From positions 367,736 through 431,735 of the forward strand of contig CAZIVL010000001.1 in assembly GCA_964543035.1 (NCBI GenBank): a stretch of 64,000 bases of DNA, read 5' to 3'. This DNA comes from an uncultured Gammaproteobacteria bacterium (GTDB taxonomy: Bacteria > Patescibacteriota > Microgenomatia > CAZETR01 > Amesbacteraceae). Under the pieces are notes generated by a model. The model was not told the DNA's origin. It ran no database searches and worked only from the letters and a program-made list of their open reading frames with translations. The position numbers and the translations under genes were made by a program. This document shows positions 1 through 10,009 of this stretch, piece by piece; position 1 is the first letter of the stretch, and every line of letters begins with the position of its first letter.

Positions 1-453
1 TCTGATACCAAAGCAATTTCAGAAGTCTCCCGAGTTCTCAAAAAAAATGGTCTTTTTTTTCTCACTGTTCCGAGCGATCGTTACAAAGAGACACTAGAAT
101 CCTATATCAAAAATCCCAAAGAATTTGCCTGGTATAACAGTCGAGTGATGCATTACAGATATCGAACTTTGGGTGAGTGGGAAAAGCTTTTGAAAAAAAA
201 CAGATTAAAGATCATCTCTCATCAATATTATTTCTCAAAAAAAATTATCCCCATCTGGTACAGGCTATTCAAAATGGCCGTGTTTCAGATCAGAGGACGT
301 GAGTTGTGGTCATATATTCGTGATTCAAAATTCAGCAAACTTATTCCCAAAGGAGTTGTTTTCTCAGTCGAAAAAATTATCTTACCTGTGTTAATTAACA
401 AATCTTTAGATTCAGATGGCACATGGCACTTTATCATCGCCCAAAAGAGTTAG
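1..453 (+). CDS. Class I SAM-dependent methyltransferase, 5'-truncated by the window edge
   Basis: Frame is open from base 1; 'AISEVSRVLKKNGLFFLTVP' is a typical methyltransferase post-motif segment. Confidence 0.7.
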   Translation, partial: SDTKAISEVSRVLKKNGLFFLTVPSDRYKETLESYIKNPKEFAWYNSRVMHYRYRTLGEWEKLLKKNRLKIISHQYYFSKKIIPIWYRLFKMAVFQIRGRELWSYIRDSKFSKLIPKGVVFSVEKIILPVLINKSLDSDGTWHFIIAQKS

Positions 454-1276
454 TCCAAAAACTTACACAAAAAAATACTATTTAGAAGATTGTAGTGGGT
501 ATGACTTGTTCAAAAAAACGAACGGGGATGCAATCGACGACAGACTGCAAAAAATTGTGACCCTTCTCCCAAACCTCAAGAATGCAAAAATTTTAGACAT
601 AGGCTGTGGCAGAGGAGAACTAGGTATATATTTGGCAAAAAAAGGAAACTATGTGCTGGGTATTGATTATTCAAAAAACGCGATAGATCTCGCAAAAAAA
701 GCTCTAAGTCTTCAGTCAGGATTTGTCAGGTCTAGATTGTCATTTCTTACACTAGATTTACATAACTTGGAGAGTCTGAAAAACAAATTTGATCTAATCG
801 TCTGCACTGAGGTTTGGGAGCACATCTACCCCGACGAGCAAGACGCCTTACTCAAGTCGGTTCGCACGTTACTTAAGCCTGGAGGATTTGTGTTCATTCA
901 CACTGCCCCATCCCGGTGGTTCAACGAGTTTACATATCCCCTTTGGTGTTACCCGGTCAGTAGTTTTATTGTAGGCATTTGGAATAGGTTGTACAAAAAA
1001 AGCTATGGCAACATTCCTCCGCCCGAAGAACTTAGACCTCATTATCATCAGCTTATGCACGTAGCTGAACCTGACTATTTTTCTTTCAGGGCGACGCTCT
1101 TAAAAAATGGCTTTACAGGTAGTATCAGATCCACCAACATCACAGTAAACAAGCCAATATTTTCATTCAAAGATACCTTGTACAATTTTTTGGTTTACTT
1201 ATCTCCTCTAAGCAACCTTTTTCCCTTAAACATATTTTGGGGCAATGACTTTTGGGTATTGGCAAAAATGATATGA
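416..1276 (+). CDS. Class I SAM-dependent methyltransferase
   Basis: ILDIGCGRG motif I, GIDYS, FDLIVCTEVWEH, LLKPGG. Confidence 0.9.
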   Translation: MAHGTLSSPKRVSPKTYTKKYYLEDCSGYDLFKKTNGDAIDDRLQKIVTLLPNLKNAKILDIGCGRGELGIYLAKKGNYVLGIDYSKNAIDLAKKALSLQSGFVRSRLSFLTLDLHNLESLKNKFDLIVCTEVWEHIYPDEQDALLKSVRTLLKPGGFVFIHTAPSRWFNEFTYPLWCYPVSSFIVGIWNRLYKKSYGNIPPPEELRPHYHQLMHVAEPDYFSFRATLLKNGFTGSIRSTNITVNKPIFSFKDTLYNFLVYLSPLSNLFPLNIFWGNDFWVLAKMI

Positions 1277-2388
1277 AAATTGCCATTTTTCACAACTTTC
1301 CCGCAGGTGGCGGTAAGCGCACAGTCTTCGAACAGGCAAAAGGATTGCTTGCTCGCGGCCATCAGGTAGAGGCCTTCGAGCTTACAAACACAGACTCAAG
1401 CTTTTGCGATCTCAGAAAGCTCAAGTGTCGAGTTGCAGTTTTTCCGTTCGAAAAGGAAAGTTTTCTACCAGGCTTTTTATCTCGTCTCCAAAAAGATTAT
1501 CAAAACTTTTTTGTTCTAAACCATGTTCACAAAAAAATTGCTACCCACATAAACAGCTCTGGGTTTGACGTAGCCCTAATTCACACCGACTTACACACAG
1601 AGTCCCCGTACATTTTGCAATATCTCAAGATTCCACATGTATATCATTGTCACGAGTTGCTTCGCATTGCTTACGAAAAAGAATATGCGTTTACAGAGTC
1701 GGTATCCTGGCCAAAGTATTGGTACGAGATGATTACTCGAAAGATCAGAAAGCAAATTGATCGCATAAATGCTCAAAGCGCAAAAAATATTATTACCAAC
1801 TCAGAATACACCAAAAAAAATATTCAAATGGCATACGGTCGGATCGCCAAAATCTGTTATTCCGGAGTGGATCCCAAGGTGTTTAGACCTATTGGCAAAA
1901 GGACAAAATCCATTTTATTTATGGGCCAAAAGAATTATGTAGGCGGCTACGATTTTGTAAATGAAATTATGGCTCATATACCAATAGAAATGGGTATTCA
2001 GCTAAAAAACTTTGGCTTCCCCAAAGGCCGTCCAGATACGAAAAATGATCTTTTGCTCGCCAGATCATATTCTCAAGCGCTGGCCACTTTATGTGTGTCA
2101 TATGGCGAGCCTTTTGGTCTCAAAGCTCTTGAGTCTATGTCATGTGGGACACCAGTGATGGCCACCCGCGAAGGAGGGTATCCAGACTCAATAGTGCCAG
2201 GCATTAACGGCTGGCTGTTCCCCAGAGATCCAAAAGTGTTTGCAAAACAGATAATCGCATTGGCAAACAACCCTTCAATATCAAATCGGATGGGTAGTAA
2301 CGCCAGAAATCATGTTCTCAAATCTTGGACCTGGGACCGGCATGTTGGGCAGTTAGAAAAAATACTCTTGGATGTCGCACATGTCTGA
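1273..2388 (+). CDS. Glycosyltransferase family 4
   Basis: MKIAIFH..GGG N-terminus; EPFGLKALESMSCGTPV motif; ATG at 1273 preferred. Confidence 0.9.
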   Translation: MKIAIFHNFPAGGGKRTVFEQAKGLLARGHQVEAFELTNTDSSFCDLRKLKCRVAVFPFEKESFLPGFLSRLQKDYQNFFVLNHVHKKIATHINSSGFDVALIHTDLHTESPYILQYLKIPHVYHCHELLRIAYEKEYAFTESVSWPKYWYEMITRKIRKQIDRINAQSAKNIITNSEYTKKNIQMAYGRIAKICYSGVDPKVFRPIGKRTKSILFMGQKNYVGGYDFVNEIMAHIPIEMGIQLKNFGFPKGRPDTKNDLLLARSYSQALATLCVSYGEPFGLKALESMSCGTPVMATREGGYPDSIVPGINGWLFPRDPKVFAKQIIALANNPSISNRMGSNARNHVLKSWTWDRHVGQLEKILLDVAHV

Positions 2389-3127
2389 CGTTTCTACCAT
2401 CATTGTAAAATACAAAGCCGAAGCCGAATATCGCAAGTGTCTGGCCTCTATCCCAAAAAAACAAACTGAAATCATCACGATAGACAATAATAAGATCAAT
2501 AGGGGATACTCCCAAGGCAACAATCTGGGAGCAAGCATTTCAATTAAAAAGTATCTTTTCATTCTCAACCCGGACACAGTCCTTTTTTCAGACACCATAC
2601 AGCGGCTAGTCTCGTTTCTGGATACTCATCCAAAAGCGGCCATCGTAGCCCCTCTCTTACTGGATTCTAAAGGGACTGCCTATCCACTCCAGGGTACATC
2701 TGAGCTGACGCCCATATCTGCCATTTTTAGCTTGTCTTTTGTCTACAAGTTTTGGCCAAAAAATCCAGTGGCAAATCACTATTGGCTCAAAGGCTGGGAC
2801 AAAAAGTTCCCCAGATCAGTAGATGTAGTCCCAGGCACGGCATTTCTTATTAGAAGACAGGTATTTGAACAAGTAGGAGGTTTTGACGAAAAATTCTTTC
2901 TATATTTCGAAGAGTCTGATCTGTGCAAGCGAGTCAAAAGCTTGGGACACGAAATATGGATAGATCCCCAAGCTCGACTGATTCATCATTGGGCCCGAAG
3001 TACTAAAAAAGAAAACACCAAAGAAACATTTGTAAACAGCCGCAAATATTATTTCAGAAAGCATTTTGGAGCAGTGGGTGCTTTTTTAGTAGAAATGTTT
3101 TGCAATCCGAGGTCAGTGTTAAAATAA
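2372..3127 (+). CDS. Glycosyltransferase family 2
   Basis: NRGYSQGNNLG, LNPD, GGFDEKFFLYFEESDLC. Confidence 0.9.
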   Translation: MSHMSDVSTIIVKYKAEAEYRKCLASIPKKQTEIITIDNNKINRGYSQGNNLGASISIKKYLFILNPDTVLFSDTIQRLVSFLDTHPKAAIVAPLLLDSKGTAYPLQGTSELTPISAIFSLSFVYKFWPKNPVANHYWLKGWDKKFPRSVDVVPGTAFLIRRQVFEQVGGFDEKFFLYFEESDLCKRVKSLGHEIWIDPQARLIHHWARSTKKENTKETFVNSRKYYFRKHFGAVGAFLVEMFCNPRSVLK

Positions 3128-3131
3128 TCAT

Positions 3132-3878
3132 ATGTTGACTGGCGTCGTTTTGACACACAATTGCAAAAAAGACTTAGTGCGCTGTCTGGAATCATTGGAG
3201 TTTTGTGATGAGATCTTGGTAGTAGACGACGATTCTATAGATCAGACTCTGACACTCGCAAAAAAAACCAAAGCCAAAATAATTTCCCGGTCTCTGGATG
3301 GCGATTTTGCAGCTCAACGCAATTTTGCCCTCTCTCATGTCAAGTCTGGTTGGGTGCTATTTATTGATCCAGACGAAGTAGTCTCAAAAGAACTAGCCTC
3401 AGAAATAATTCAAAATACTAGATACGAGATACAAAATACAGCTTTTTATATTCCTCGCATAGATTACATGTGGGGACGACTTCTCCTGCATGGGGATTCA
3501 GGACTTACCAAATTAGTCAGACTAGGCAAACACGACGCGGGAAAGTGGGTTTATCCAGTACATGAGATCTGGAAGGCAGATGGACCCACTGGGGAGATCG
3601 GCTTACCCTTACTTCATTATCCTCACCCAACCCTTTATCTATTTTTGTCCGAGCTAAATTTTTATTCATCGATCAGGGCCAAACAGTTTTTAAGTGAAGG
3701 AAAAACTACCAATCTGGTCGAGATCATACTCGGTCCGCCTTGGCGATTTTTTGAAAATTATTTTCTCAAGCTTGGAATATTGGATGGTACAGCTGGACTT
3801 GTTCATGCCATGTGTATGGCGTTTTATATGTTTTTGGTCGCCGGCAAGCTATGGCTCATGTCACATTCGCGCTCCTAG
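3132..3878 (+). CDS. Glycosyltransferase family 2 (beta-1,4-glucosyltransferase-like)
   Basis: DEILVVDDDS, FAAQRNFAL, WVLFIDPDE, VHE. Confidence 0.9.
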   Translation: MLTGVVLTHNCKKDLVRCLESLEFCDEILVVDDDSIDQTLTLAKKTKAKIISRSLDGDFAAQRNFALSHVKSGWVLFIDPDEVVSKELASEIIQNTRYEIQNTAFYIPRIDYMWGRLLLHGDSGLTKLVRLGKHDAGKWVYPVHEIWKADGPTGEIGLPLLHYPHPTLYLFLSELNFYSSIRAKQFLSEGKTTNLVEIILGPPWRFFENYFLKLGILDGTAGLVHAMCMAFYMFLVAGKLWLMSHSRS

Positions 3879-4942
3879 TCCTCTCGTTTATAGCCGGAAA
3901 TATATTCAAAGTAGGTGGTGTGTCTTTACTGGACTTTTCGGTGTTCATATTCTGGATATTTACCCTCAAAAAAAACCACTTCAGACTAACCTTGCCCAAA
4001 CCACATGTAATATTTATCTTTGTAGCCTTTTTGTCACTGCTGTTGGCAACTCGGTGGGGAGCCACCTCCCAGTTTATAGGTCTGCAATATTTAGTCAGAT
4101 TTGTGATTTATTCAAGCTTGCCTTTTTTTACAAAACCATTGTTTGAAAAAAGAAGCCTTCATCACCTCATATATTATTTAGGTTTAGTCACAGTTATTAT
4201 CGGTCTATCTCAGTACATATTAATGCCTGACGTCCGATTTCTTTCTGCTTGGAATTGGGATGACCACTATTTCAGAGTGATTGGCTCTTTTCTCGATCCC
4301 GGATTTACAGGTCTTTTGCTGGTACTATTTTTTACCTTTTACTTTTTCCACAGACACCGCTTTTTGACGATCCTCACTTTTATTACCATGGCCCTTACCT
4401 ATTCCCGCAGCTCATATCTGGCATTTTTAGTTGCAGTAGGAATTATGGCTTTTCAAAAAAAATCACTCATGTTTTTTGTCAAAGGGACCCTAATACTCAT
4501 TTTGACAATTGCAATTCTTCCTCGAGCCTCCCAGGGCGAGGGGGTAAAACTAGAAAGAACCAGTACCATCCAGGCCCGACTGATCAATTGGGGTCAGTCT
4601 ATCCAGATTTTTTCAGACCATCCAGTTTTGGGAGTGGGGTTCAACACATATCGTTATGCGCAGAAAGATTATGGTTTTCTAGAAGAAAAAAACTGGCTAC
4701 AAAATCACGCCGGCGCAGGAGCCGACTCCTCTCTCTTATTTGTCGCTGCAACGACCGGAGTAGTAGGATTGTTTTTTTACTTCGGCTATCTGAAATCTCT
4801 ATACATGATACTTAATACAAAATACATGATACCCATACTAGTACACTCCTTCTTCCTCAATTCCCTTTTTTATCCAGCCACAATGTTATTGATAGCAATA
4901 TTAATCATGGTTGGTAATTCACAAGAATCTCCTTCTTTATAG
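3851..4942 (+). CDS. O-antigen ligase/polymerase family membrane protein
   Basis: Multi-TM; LTYSRSSY, ARLINW, HPVLGVGFNTY. Confidence 0.85.
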   Translation: MAHVTFALLVLSFIAGNIFKVGGVSLLDFSVFIFWIFTLKKNHFRLTLPKPHVIFIFVAFLSLLLATRWGATSQFIGLQYLVRFVIYSSLPFFTKPLFEKRSLHHLIYYLGLVTVIIGLSQYILMPDVRFLSAWNWDDHYFRVIGSFLDPGFTGLLLVLFFTFYFFHRHRFLTILTFITMALTYSRSSYLAFLVAVGIMAFQKKSLMFFVKGTLILILTIAILPRASQGEGVKLERTSTIQARLINWGQSIQIFSDHPVLGVGFNTYRYAQKDYGFLEEKNWLQNHAGAGADSSLLFVAATTGVVGLFFYFGYLKSLYMILNTKYMIPILVHSFFLNSLFYPATMLLIAILIMVGNSQESPSL

Positions 4943-5618
4943 AATTGGTCGCCAGATCTTGGGCTTCAACAATTATTTTATTCTCTCCAGCATTCAAATT
5001 TACATTGGTAGAAAAATTCCCTTCCGCATCTACTATTAGTAGTCTCTGATTTACAAATATTCTGGCTCCAGGGTCAGTTACTCCTTTTACCTCTACTCGG
5101 GCAGTCCCACCCGTGATTGTGGAGCCTTCAGCCGGAGCACTCACCTCAAGCTTGGGAGTCTTTTTTAGATACAAAATATTAAGTGTTTTAGATTTTTGAC
5201 TCAGGTTTCCTCCGGCATCTTTTGCTACAGCAACCAGCTTATTTTCTCCTTCTACTAGATTCACAGTCCCAAAGTGGAAAGTTCCATCCTCGGCTGCCAC
5301 CAGATTGCCTATCTCTTCCTCGCCTCGTGACAGGTAGACTGTCACCCCAGGTTCAGTCGTTCCGGTCACCACTTGGGTGGCACTATTTGTTGCAGGATAC
5401 GGGTTGTATAAAACTGGAGGAGGAGGGGGGATAAAGTCATTTTTGTCGACCGGTTTGTTTGCCGAGTTGATTTCAGCTAAGAATGCCGCCATTTTAACGA
5501 CTGTGGGGACACCCAAGATCACAACCATAATGATAAGTACCACGGTTCCGATTCCCAAAAGTGTCGCGGTTCTCACACTCCGTTTTTCTTCCAGTCTTTG
5601 CAGCCTCGATCTATACAT
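4905..5618 (-). CDS. Membrane-anchored protein with two bacterial Ig-like domains
   Basis: N-terminal TM; two repeats of GxTEPG...DG.F...L..GEN.I...A.D..GN. Confidence 0.75.
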   Translation of the reverse strand: MYRSRLQRLEEKRSVRTATLLGIGTVVLIIMVVILGVPTVVKMAAFLAEINSANKPVDKNDFIPPPPPVLYNPYPATNSATQVVTGTTEPGVTVYLSRGEEEIGNLVAAEDGTFHFGTVNLVEGENKLVAVAKDAGGNLSQKSKTLNILYLKKTPKLEVSAPAEGSTITGGTARVEVKGVTDPGARIFVNQRLLIVDAEGNFSTNVNLNAGENKIIVEAQDLATNSIKKEILVNYQP

Positions 5619-5646
5619 TCTGATGGTAAAATTGTACCACGATAGC

Positions 5647-5719
5647 GCCGAAGTAGCTCAAATGGTAGAGCGAGGCTTTCGTAAAGCTTAGGTAGTGGGT
5701 TCGATCCCCACCTTCGGCT
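5647..5719 (+). tRNA. tRNA-Thr(CGT)
   Basis: Acceptor stem GCCGAAG/CTTCGGC, anticodon loop TTCGTAA, GGTTCGATCC T arm. Confidence 0.95.
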
Positions 5720-5764
5720 CATTGGTCCATTGTCTTTCCAAAGCCTTGTCTGTATAAATATGGG

Positions 5765-7996
5765 GTGACACAGCGAAGTCTTGTACTCATAATTGCGTCT
5801 CTTCTGATGGCCTCGAGCCTGTCAATGATACTCTCGCCCAAATTGTCTTCACTTGTATATCCTCTTTTTTCCACTCAAATTCCAGGAGTATCAGAAAGTT
5901 TAGTGTCCGCAAAATCATATGATTTGGTTGAATTTGGAGTTACTTTTGTATTGGGGTTATTTATTTCAATAACAAATATTTTTCTCTTCAAGAAAGTCGA
6001 ATCCAAAGAGCATCTTCTCAGCACTCTTTTAATCTCTGCAGGAGTAATCACATTTTTGCTTACAAAATTTGCTACATATTCCGGTCGGGCCGTGTTTGGT
6101 ATCGTAATAGTGGTCGAGTTGTTTATATTATTATTGGCTATTTTCTCTTCACGAAAAAAAATATCCTCACAACACGACAATCGTCTAGTACATTTGAGTC
6201 TGCTCAATGGGATATTTTTAGGTTTTTTTTGTTTGCTGGCAATAAAGCTGATTACACCCATCGTGATTATCCCATTATCAGCGTTGGTTCTTATCCCGAT
6301 AATAAATTTGTATTTTTCTTATACTTACTCTTCCTGGGCCAAGCAGATGGCTTTTTTTCCAGGATTCTTAGTTCCAGCCATCCTTTTATTTCCAACAGAT
6401 CTTTCTAAAATAGTCATATCAGGGGCAACTATTCTTTTGATTTGGGGATTATCAACATACTTAAAACGAACTATATTTCCCATACGGCTTTTATCTTCAT
6501 ATATATTGCCATCACTTTTAGTATTTCTTGCTGCATACAACCCCACATTTGTGATAGGTAATTTTGATTCGGTCGAAGAGGGTTTTTGGAGCGCCTGGGT
6601 CCAGAGGCTCTTACAAGGCGATGTTCTGTACAAAGATGTCATGGTATATCATCCTCCAGTATTTATTTGGGGGTTATATGTATTTGAAAAATTGGTTGGT
6701 GTATCACTGGTATCCCAAAGACTATTTATGCATCTACTTCAAGTAGCAGGAGCAATCATATATCTGTTTTTTATAAAAAGAATTATAAAAAGTCGAGGTC
6801 TGGTTATTCTTCTTATGCTTGTCTATTTCGGTCTTACTACAACCGCTGTAAAAAACAATGTAGAAATACGTGTTGGTCTGGGGCTACTTAGTCTATTGGC
6901 TATTTCTTATTCAAGATTTTCGACAGCCGGAGCTCTTGCAGCTATTTCACTATTTTCCAGTGTTGAAGTAGGCCTAGCCAGTATTGTCTCCGGTCTTGCG
7001 TTCAGCTTATTTCAGTCAAAAAACAGACTGAAGAGTGTTTTTTCTTGGAGTCTAGGTTTTGTCATCGGTAGCCTTCCAATATTGGCAATCTTGGCATGGC
7101 TTGGAAGTCTCGGTCATTTTATAAATCAAATCACTTTTTATGCATCTATTTTTTCCCAGGGGTATTTCAACTCTCCAGTAGATAGGGCTATTAGTTTGTC
7201 TTTCTTTCACTGGCATATATTTAATCAATTTTTTGGATCCCCGGCTATGTGGTATGAGCTAATAAAATTAGTCACATTTTCATCAGTTATATATGGCTTA
7301 TTGAAACTTTTTTTCAAAAAGGCCTTGTCAGAAGACAATCTAATACTGAGTACTGCCATTATGGCCGGCGTGCTTACAAGAGTCGCCCTGGGCAGATCAG
7401 ACTACTTACACTTACTGTTTCCTCTTTTAGTTGTAATTGCCTTGGTAGGGTATGGCATCGATAGACTAAATGATCAAAAGCCAAATCTTGCAGTTCTACT
7501 GACTACTATTTTAGTCATGGTTTTGGCCAGAGAAGGGATCAATTCGGCTTACCTAGAAAATCTCTCTTTCCGACTCCAAACTTACGGCTCTATTGTAGAT
7601 GAGTTTCATACCTACAAGACCCCAAGAGCCGTGGGCATCCAAAGAGATTCCAGAGTCACAGCCGACTCCGAAAATGAGCTAATTTCATACATTCAGTCCA
7701 ATACCACAGCCGCGGACTCAATATTTACCTACCCTTGGTATCCCGAGCTATATTTTATTACGGATAGAAAAAATGCCACATCAGTTGATACTCCTTATGC
7801 GTTTTATACCCCAGAACATCAAAAAAAAATTCTGTCCGATCTTTCAGAAAAAAAGCCAAAGTATGTCATCTACAACCCTGACATGAATTTTGGAGGCCTC
7901 TCAGTGGGCTCTTTGTCAGATGTAGACAATTACATAAAATCACACTACAAAGTGGTCAAACAGTTTGGAAAAAACCAAGTCTTAGAATCACAATAG
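5765..7996 (+). CDS. Polytopic membrane protein, GT-C glycosyltransferase-like
   Basis: Many TM helices; 'EEG...GDVLYKDVMVYHPP' and C-terminal 'YIQSNT...SIF...LYF' typical of GT-C-like proteins. Confidence 0.65.
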   Translation: MTQRSLVLIIASLLMASSLSMILSPKLSSLVYPLFSTQIPGVSESLVSAKSYDLVEFGVTFVLGLFISITNIFLFKKVESKEHLLSTLLISAGVITFLLTKFATYSGRAVFGIVIVVELFILLLAIFSSRKKISSQHDNRLVHLSLLNGIFLGFFCLLAIKLITPIVIIPLSALVLIPIINLYFSYTYSSWAKQMAFFPGFLVPAILLFPTDLSKIVISGATILLIWGLSTYLKRTIFPIRLLSSYILPSLLVFLAAYNPTFVIGNFDSVEEGFWSAWVQRLLQGDVLYKDVMVYHPPVFIWGLYVFEKLVGVSLVSQRLFMHLLQVAGAIIYLFFIKRIIKSRGLVILLMLVYFGLTTTAVKNNVEIRVGLGLLSLLAISYSRFSTAGALAAISLFSSVEVGLASIVSGLAFSLFQSKNRLKSVFSWSLGFVIGSLPILAILAWLGSLGHFINQITFYASIFSQGYFNSPVDRAISLSFFHWHIFNQFFGSPAMWYELIKLVTFSSVIYGLLKLFFKKALSEDNLILSTAIMAGVLTRVALGRSDYLHLLFPLLVVIALVGYGIDRLNDQKPNLAVLLTTILVMVLAREGINSAYLENLSFRLQTYGSIVDEFHTYKTPRAVGIQRDSRVTADSENELISYIQSNTTAADSIFTYPWYPELYFITDRKNATSVDTPYAFYTPEHQKKILSDLSEKKPKYVIYNPDMNFGGLSVGSLSDVDNYIKSHYKVVKQFGKNQVLESQ

Positions 7997-7998
7997 GT

Positions 7999-8823
7999 AT
8001 GGACAAGTTCTCCGCCACTTGGATATCTCACTCTTCACTCTCAGATTATCTGAAATGTCCCCGGGCCTACTATCTAAAAAACATGTGGAGAAACCCCGCC
8101 ACTGGTCACAAAGTCAGTGTCATGTCACCGGCTCTTGCCCTCGGTCAGTCAGTCCACGAAGTAGTTGAGTCTCTAAGTAGTCTTCCAGTTGAAAATAGAT
8201 TCGCAGAGGACTTACTAGAAAAGTTTGAAAAAAGTTGGGCAAAAGTTTCAGGATCCAAAGGCGGGTTTACAAGCCCAGACCAAGAACAGCAGACCAAGTC
8301 TCGAGGTGTTCAGATGCTTCAAAGAGTTATAAATAACCCGGGTCCGTTAAAAAACAAAACTATCAAGATCAGAGAAACTGTCCCATATTATTGGTTATCA
8401 GAAGAGGACAATATTATTTTGTGTGGCAAGATCGACTGGCTGGAGTATGTAGAGGCCACAGACTCGGTCAATATTATTGATTTCAAGACGGGCAAATATG
8501 ATGAAGATCCCGAGTCTCTTCAGCTCCCCATCTATTTTCTTTTGGCCGGACACACTCAGAGTAGACCTGTTTCAAAAGCGTATTACTGGTATCTCGACCG
8601 CGATGACGCTCCCAAAGAAGTTATCCCTCCGGATTTGGTCGAGTCAGAAAAAAAAGTCCTAAGTCTTGCCAAAAAAGTGTCACTCGCCCGTAAGCTCAAT
8701 CATTTTCAGTGTCCAAAACTTGGGGGTTGCAGATCGTGTGATTCATTGGAAAAAATTGTCTTGGGCAAGGCAACTCTGGTGGGGACAAATGATTTTGGTC
8801 AGGATGTGTATGTACTCGCTTAA
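7999..8823 (+). CDS. PD-(D/E)XK nuclease (RecB/AddB/Cas4-like) with probable Fe-S cysteines
   Basis: SHSSLSDYLKCPRAY, G..VH, GKID, IIDFKTG, QL.IY, C-terminal CxxxxxCxxC. Confidence 0.85.
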   Translation: MDKFSATWISHSSLSDYLKCPRAYYLKNMWRNPATGHKVSVMSPALALGQSVHEVVESLSSLPVENRFAEDLLEKFEKSWAKVSGSKGGFTSPDQEQQTKSRGVQMLQRVINNPGPLKNKTIKIRETVPYYWLSEEDNIILCGKIDWLEYVEATDSVNIIDFKTGKYDEDPESLQLPIYFLLAGHTQSRPVSKAYYWYLDRDDAPKEVIPPDLVESEKKVLSLAKKVSLARKLNHFQCPKLGGCRSCDSLEKIVLGKATLVGTNDFGQDVYVLA

Positions 8824-9337
8824 AAGAAACCGCAGATCACGTGGTATCAGTATTTCCATAAGGCCCGGAGGCGAAGTCATAGTGACTGCCCATCCTCTCA
8901 TGCCAAAATATGCTATAGAGGCATTTGTGAGAACCAAACAAGATTGGATAGACAAGCATCGCCAAGTTCAGTTAACCAAAGCCCCACTTCTTACAAAGCT
9001 CGAAGAAAAAAAAGAATATCAGGTTCACAAGTCCAAAGCTCTTGCCCTTGCCCACGCTCGTCTCGAACACTTTAATCGTGTATACGGCTTCAAATACAAT
9101 TCAGTCTCAATAAGAAATACGGCATCCAGATGGGGGAGTTGTAGTAGGTCCGGAAATCTAAATTTTAGTTACAAGATTGCTCTTATTCCCCTTGTCCAAG
9201 CCGATTACATCATAGTCCACGAGCTGTGTCACCTAAAGGAGTTTAACCACTCTCAGAGATTTTGGGACTTAGTAGCCATTACCTATCCTGATCACAAAAA
9301 GATACGAAAGCTCCTTCGTGACACTAGCTTACAGTGA
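8810..9337 (+). CDS. YgjP/DUF45-like zinc metallopeptidase
   Basis: RWGSCS, YIIVHELCHLKEFNHSQRFW. Confidence 0.85.
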   Translation: MYSLKRNRRSRGISISIRPGGEVIVTAHPLMPKYAIEAFVRTKQDWIDKHRQVQLTKAPLLTKLEEKKEYQVHKSKALALAHARLEHFNRVYGFKYNSVSIRNTASRWGSCSRSGNLNFSYKIALIPLVQADYIIVHELCHLKEFNHSQRFWDLVAITYPDHKKIRKLLRDTSLQ

Positions 9338-9617
9338 CACCTATCATGTCAAAAGCCTTGTACCGGGCCCGCACCTCAGCTCTAAATTTGTCAGCTAGAT
9401 TACTCGAGTACTTTCCATGTCCGCCAGTCTCCATCTTTCCGCACAGCCATCTCTCGGTGTCTTCGACTATTCGCCTTACTTCTCGACCAATTTCATTGAA
9501 CTTTTCTTGGTTGGCCTCCTGATTTTTCAGATACGCCTCATGAATTTTATCAAATAGCTCAAACTCCTCTTTGTGTTTGACCAGCATGTCTTCAAATGCT
9601 TGTTTGTATCTAGTCAT
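9324..9617 (-). CDS. Hypothetical helical protein
   Basis: 97 aa ORF overlapping the adjacent minus-strand VOC gene; protein-like composition. Confidence 0.7.
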   Translation of the reverse strand: MTRYKQAFEDMLVKHKEEFELFDKIHEAYLKNQEANQEKFNEIGREVRRIVEDTERWLCGKMETGGHGKYSSNLADKFRAEVRARYKAFDMIGVTVS

Positions 9618-9976
9618 TTTGGCAAATATGCAAATAAATCGATCTTGTATCCGTCCGGGTCAGACACTACCGCATATCTTTGTCCCCAAAATGCGTCCCA
9701 GGGCTCAGTGACAGTCTTATGTCCTGCAGATTTTACTTTTTCAAATGTCTCATCCACCTCCTTGGGAGACTCATATAGCAGTGCAAACGCAGATGTTGTT
9801 CCCGGCCCTGGCTTTTGGTTACCATCTATCATGAGCCGCACTGCGCCTTCTTTTGAAATAGCCTCTAGGTGGTCCTCATCCGGTTTGTACTCCGGAAACT
9901 CAAATCCCAAAAGAGTGTAAAACTCCACAGTCTTAGTAAGGTTACTAGTTGTGACCCCCACCGCATCTAATCGCAT
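9614..9976 (-). CDS. VOC/glyoxalase family protein
   Basis: FYTLLGF; PWDAFWGQRYAVVSDPDG. Confidence 0.9.
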   Translation of the reverse strand: MRLDAVGVTTSNLTKTVEFYTLLGFEFPEYKPDEDHLEAISKEGAVRLMIDGNQKPGPGTTSAFALLYESPKEVDETFEKVKSAGHKTVTEPWDAFWGQRYAVVSDPDGYKIDLFAYLPK

Positions 9977-10009
9977 AATCCTTAAATAATATCACCGGAT
10001 TCGACGAAA

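Noticed and set aside
7999-8823. CRISPR-Cas locus (cas4)
   Set aside because: No repeat-spacer array or other cas genes in the window.
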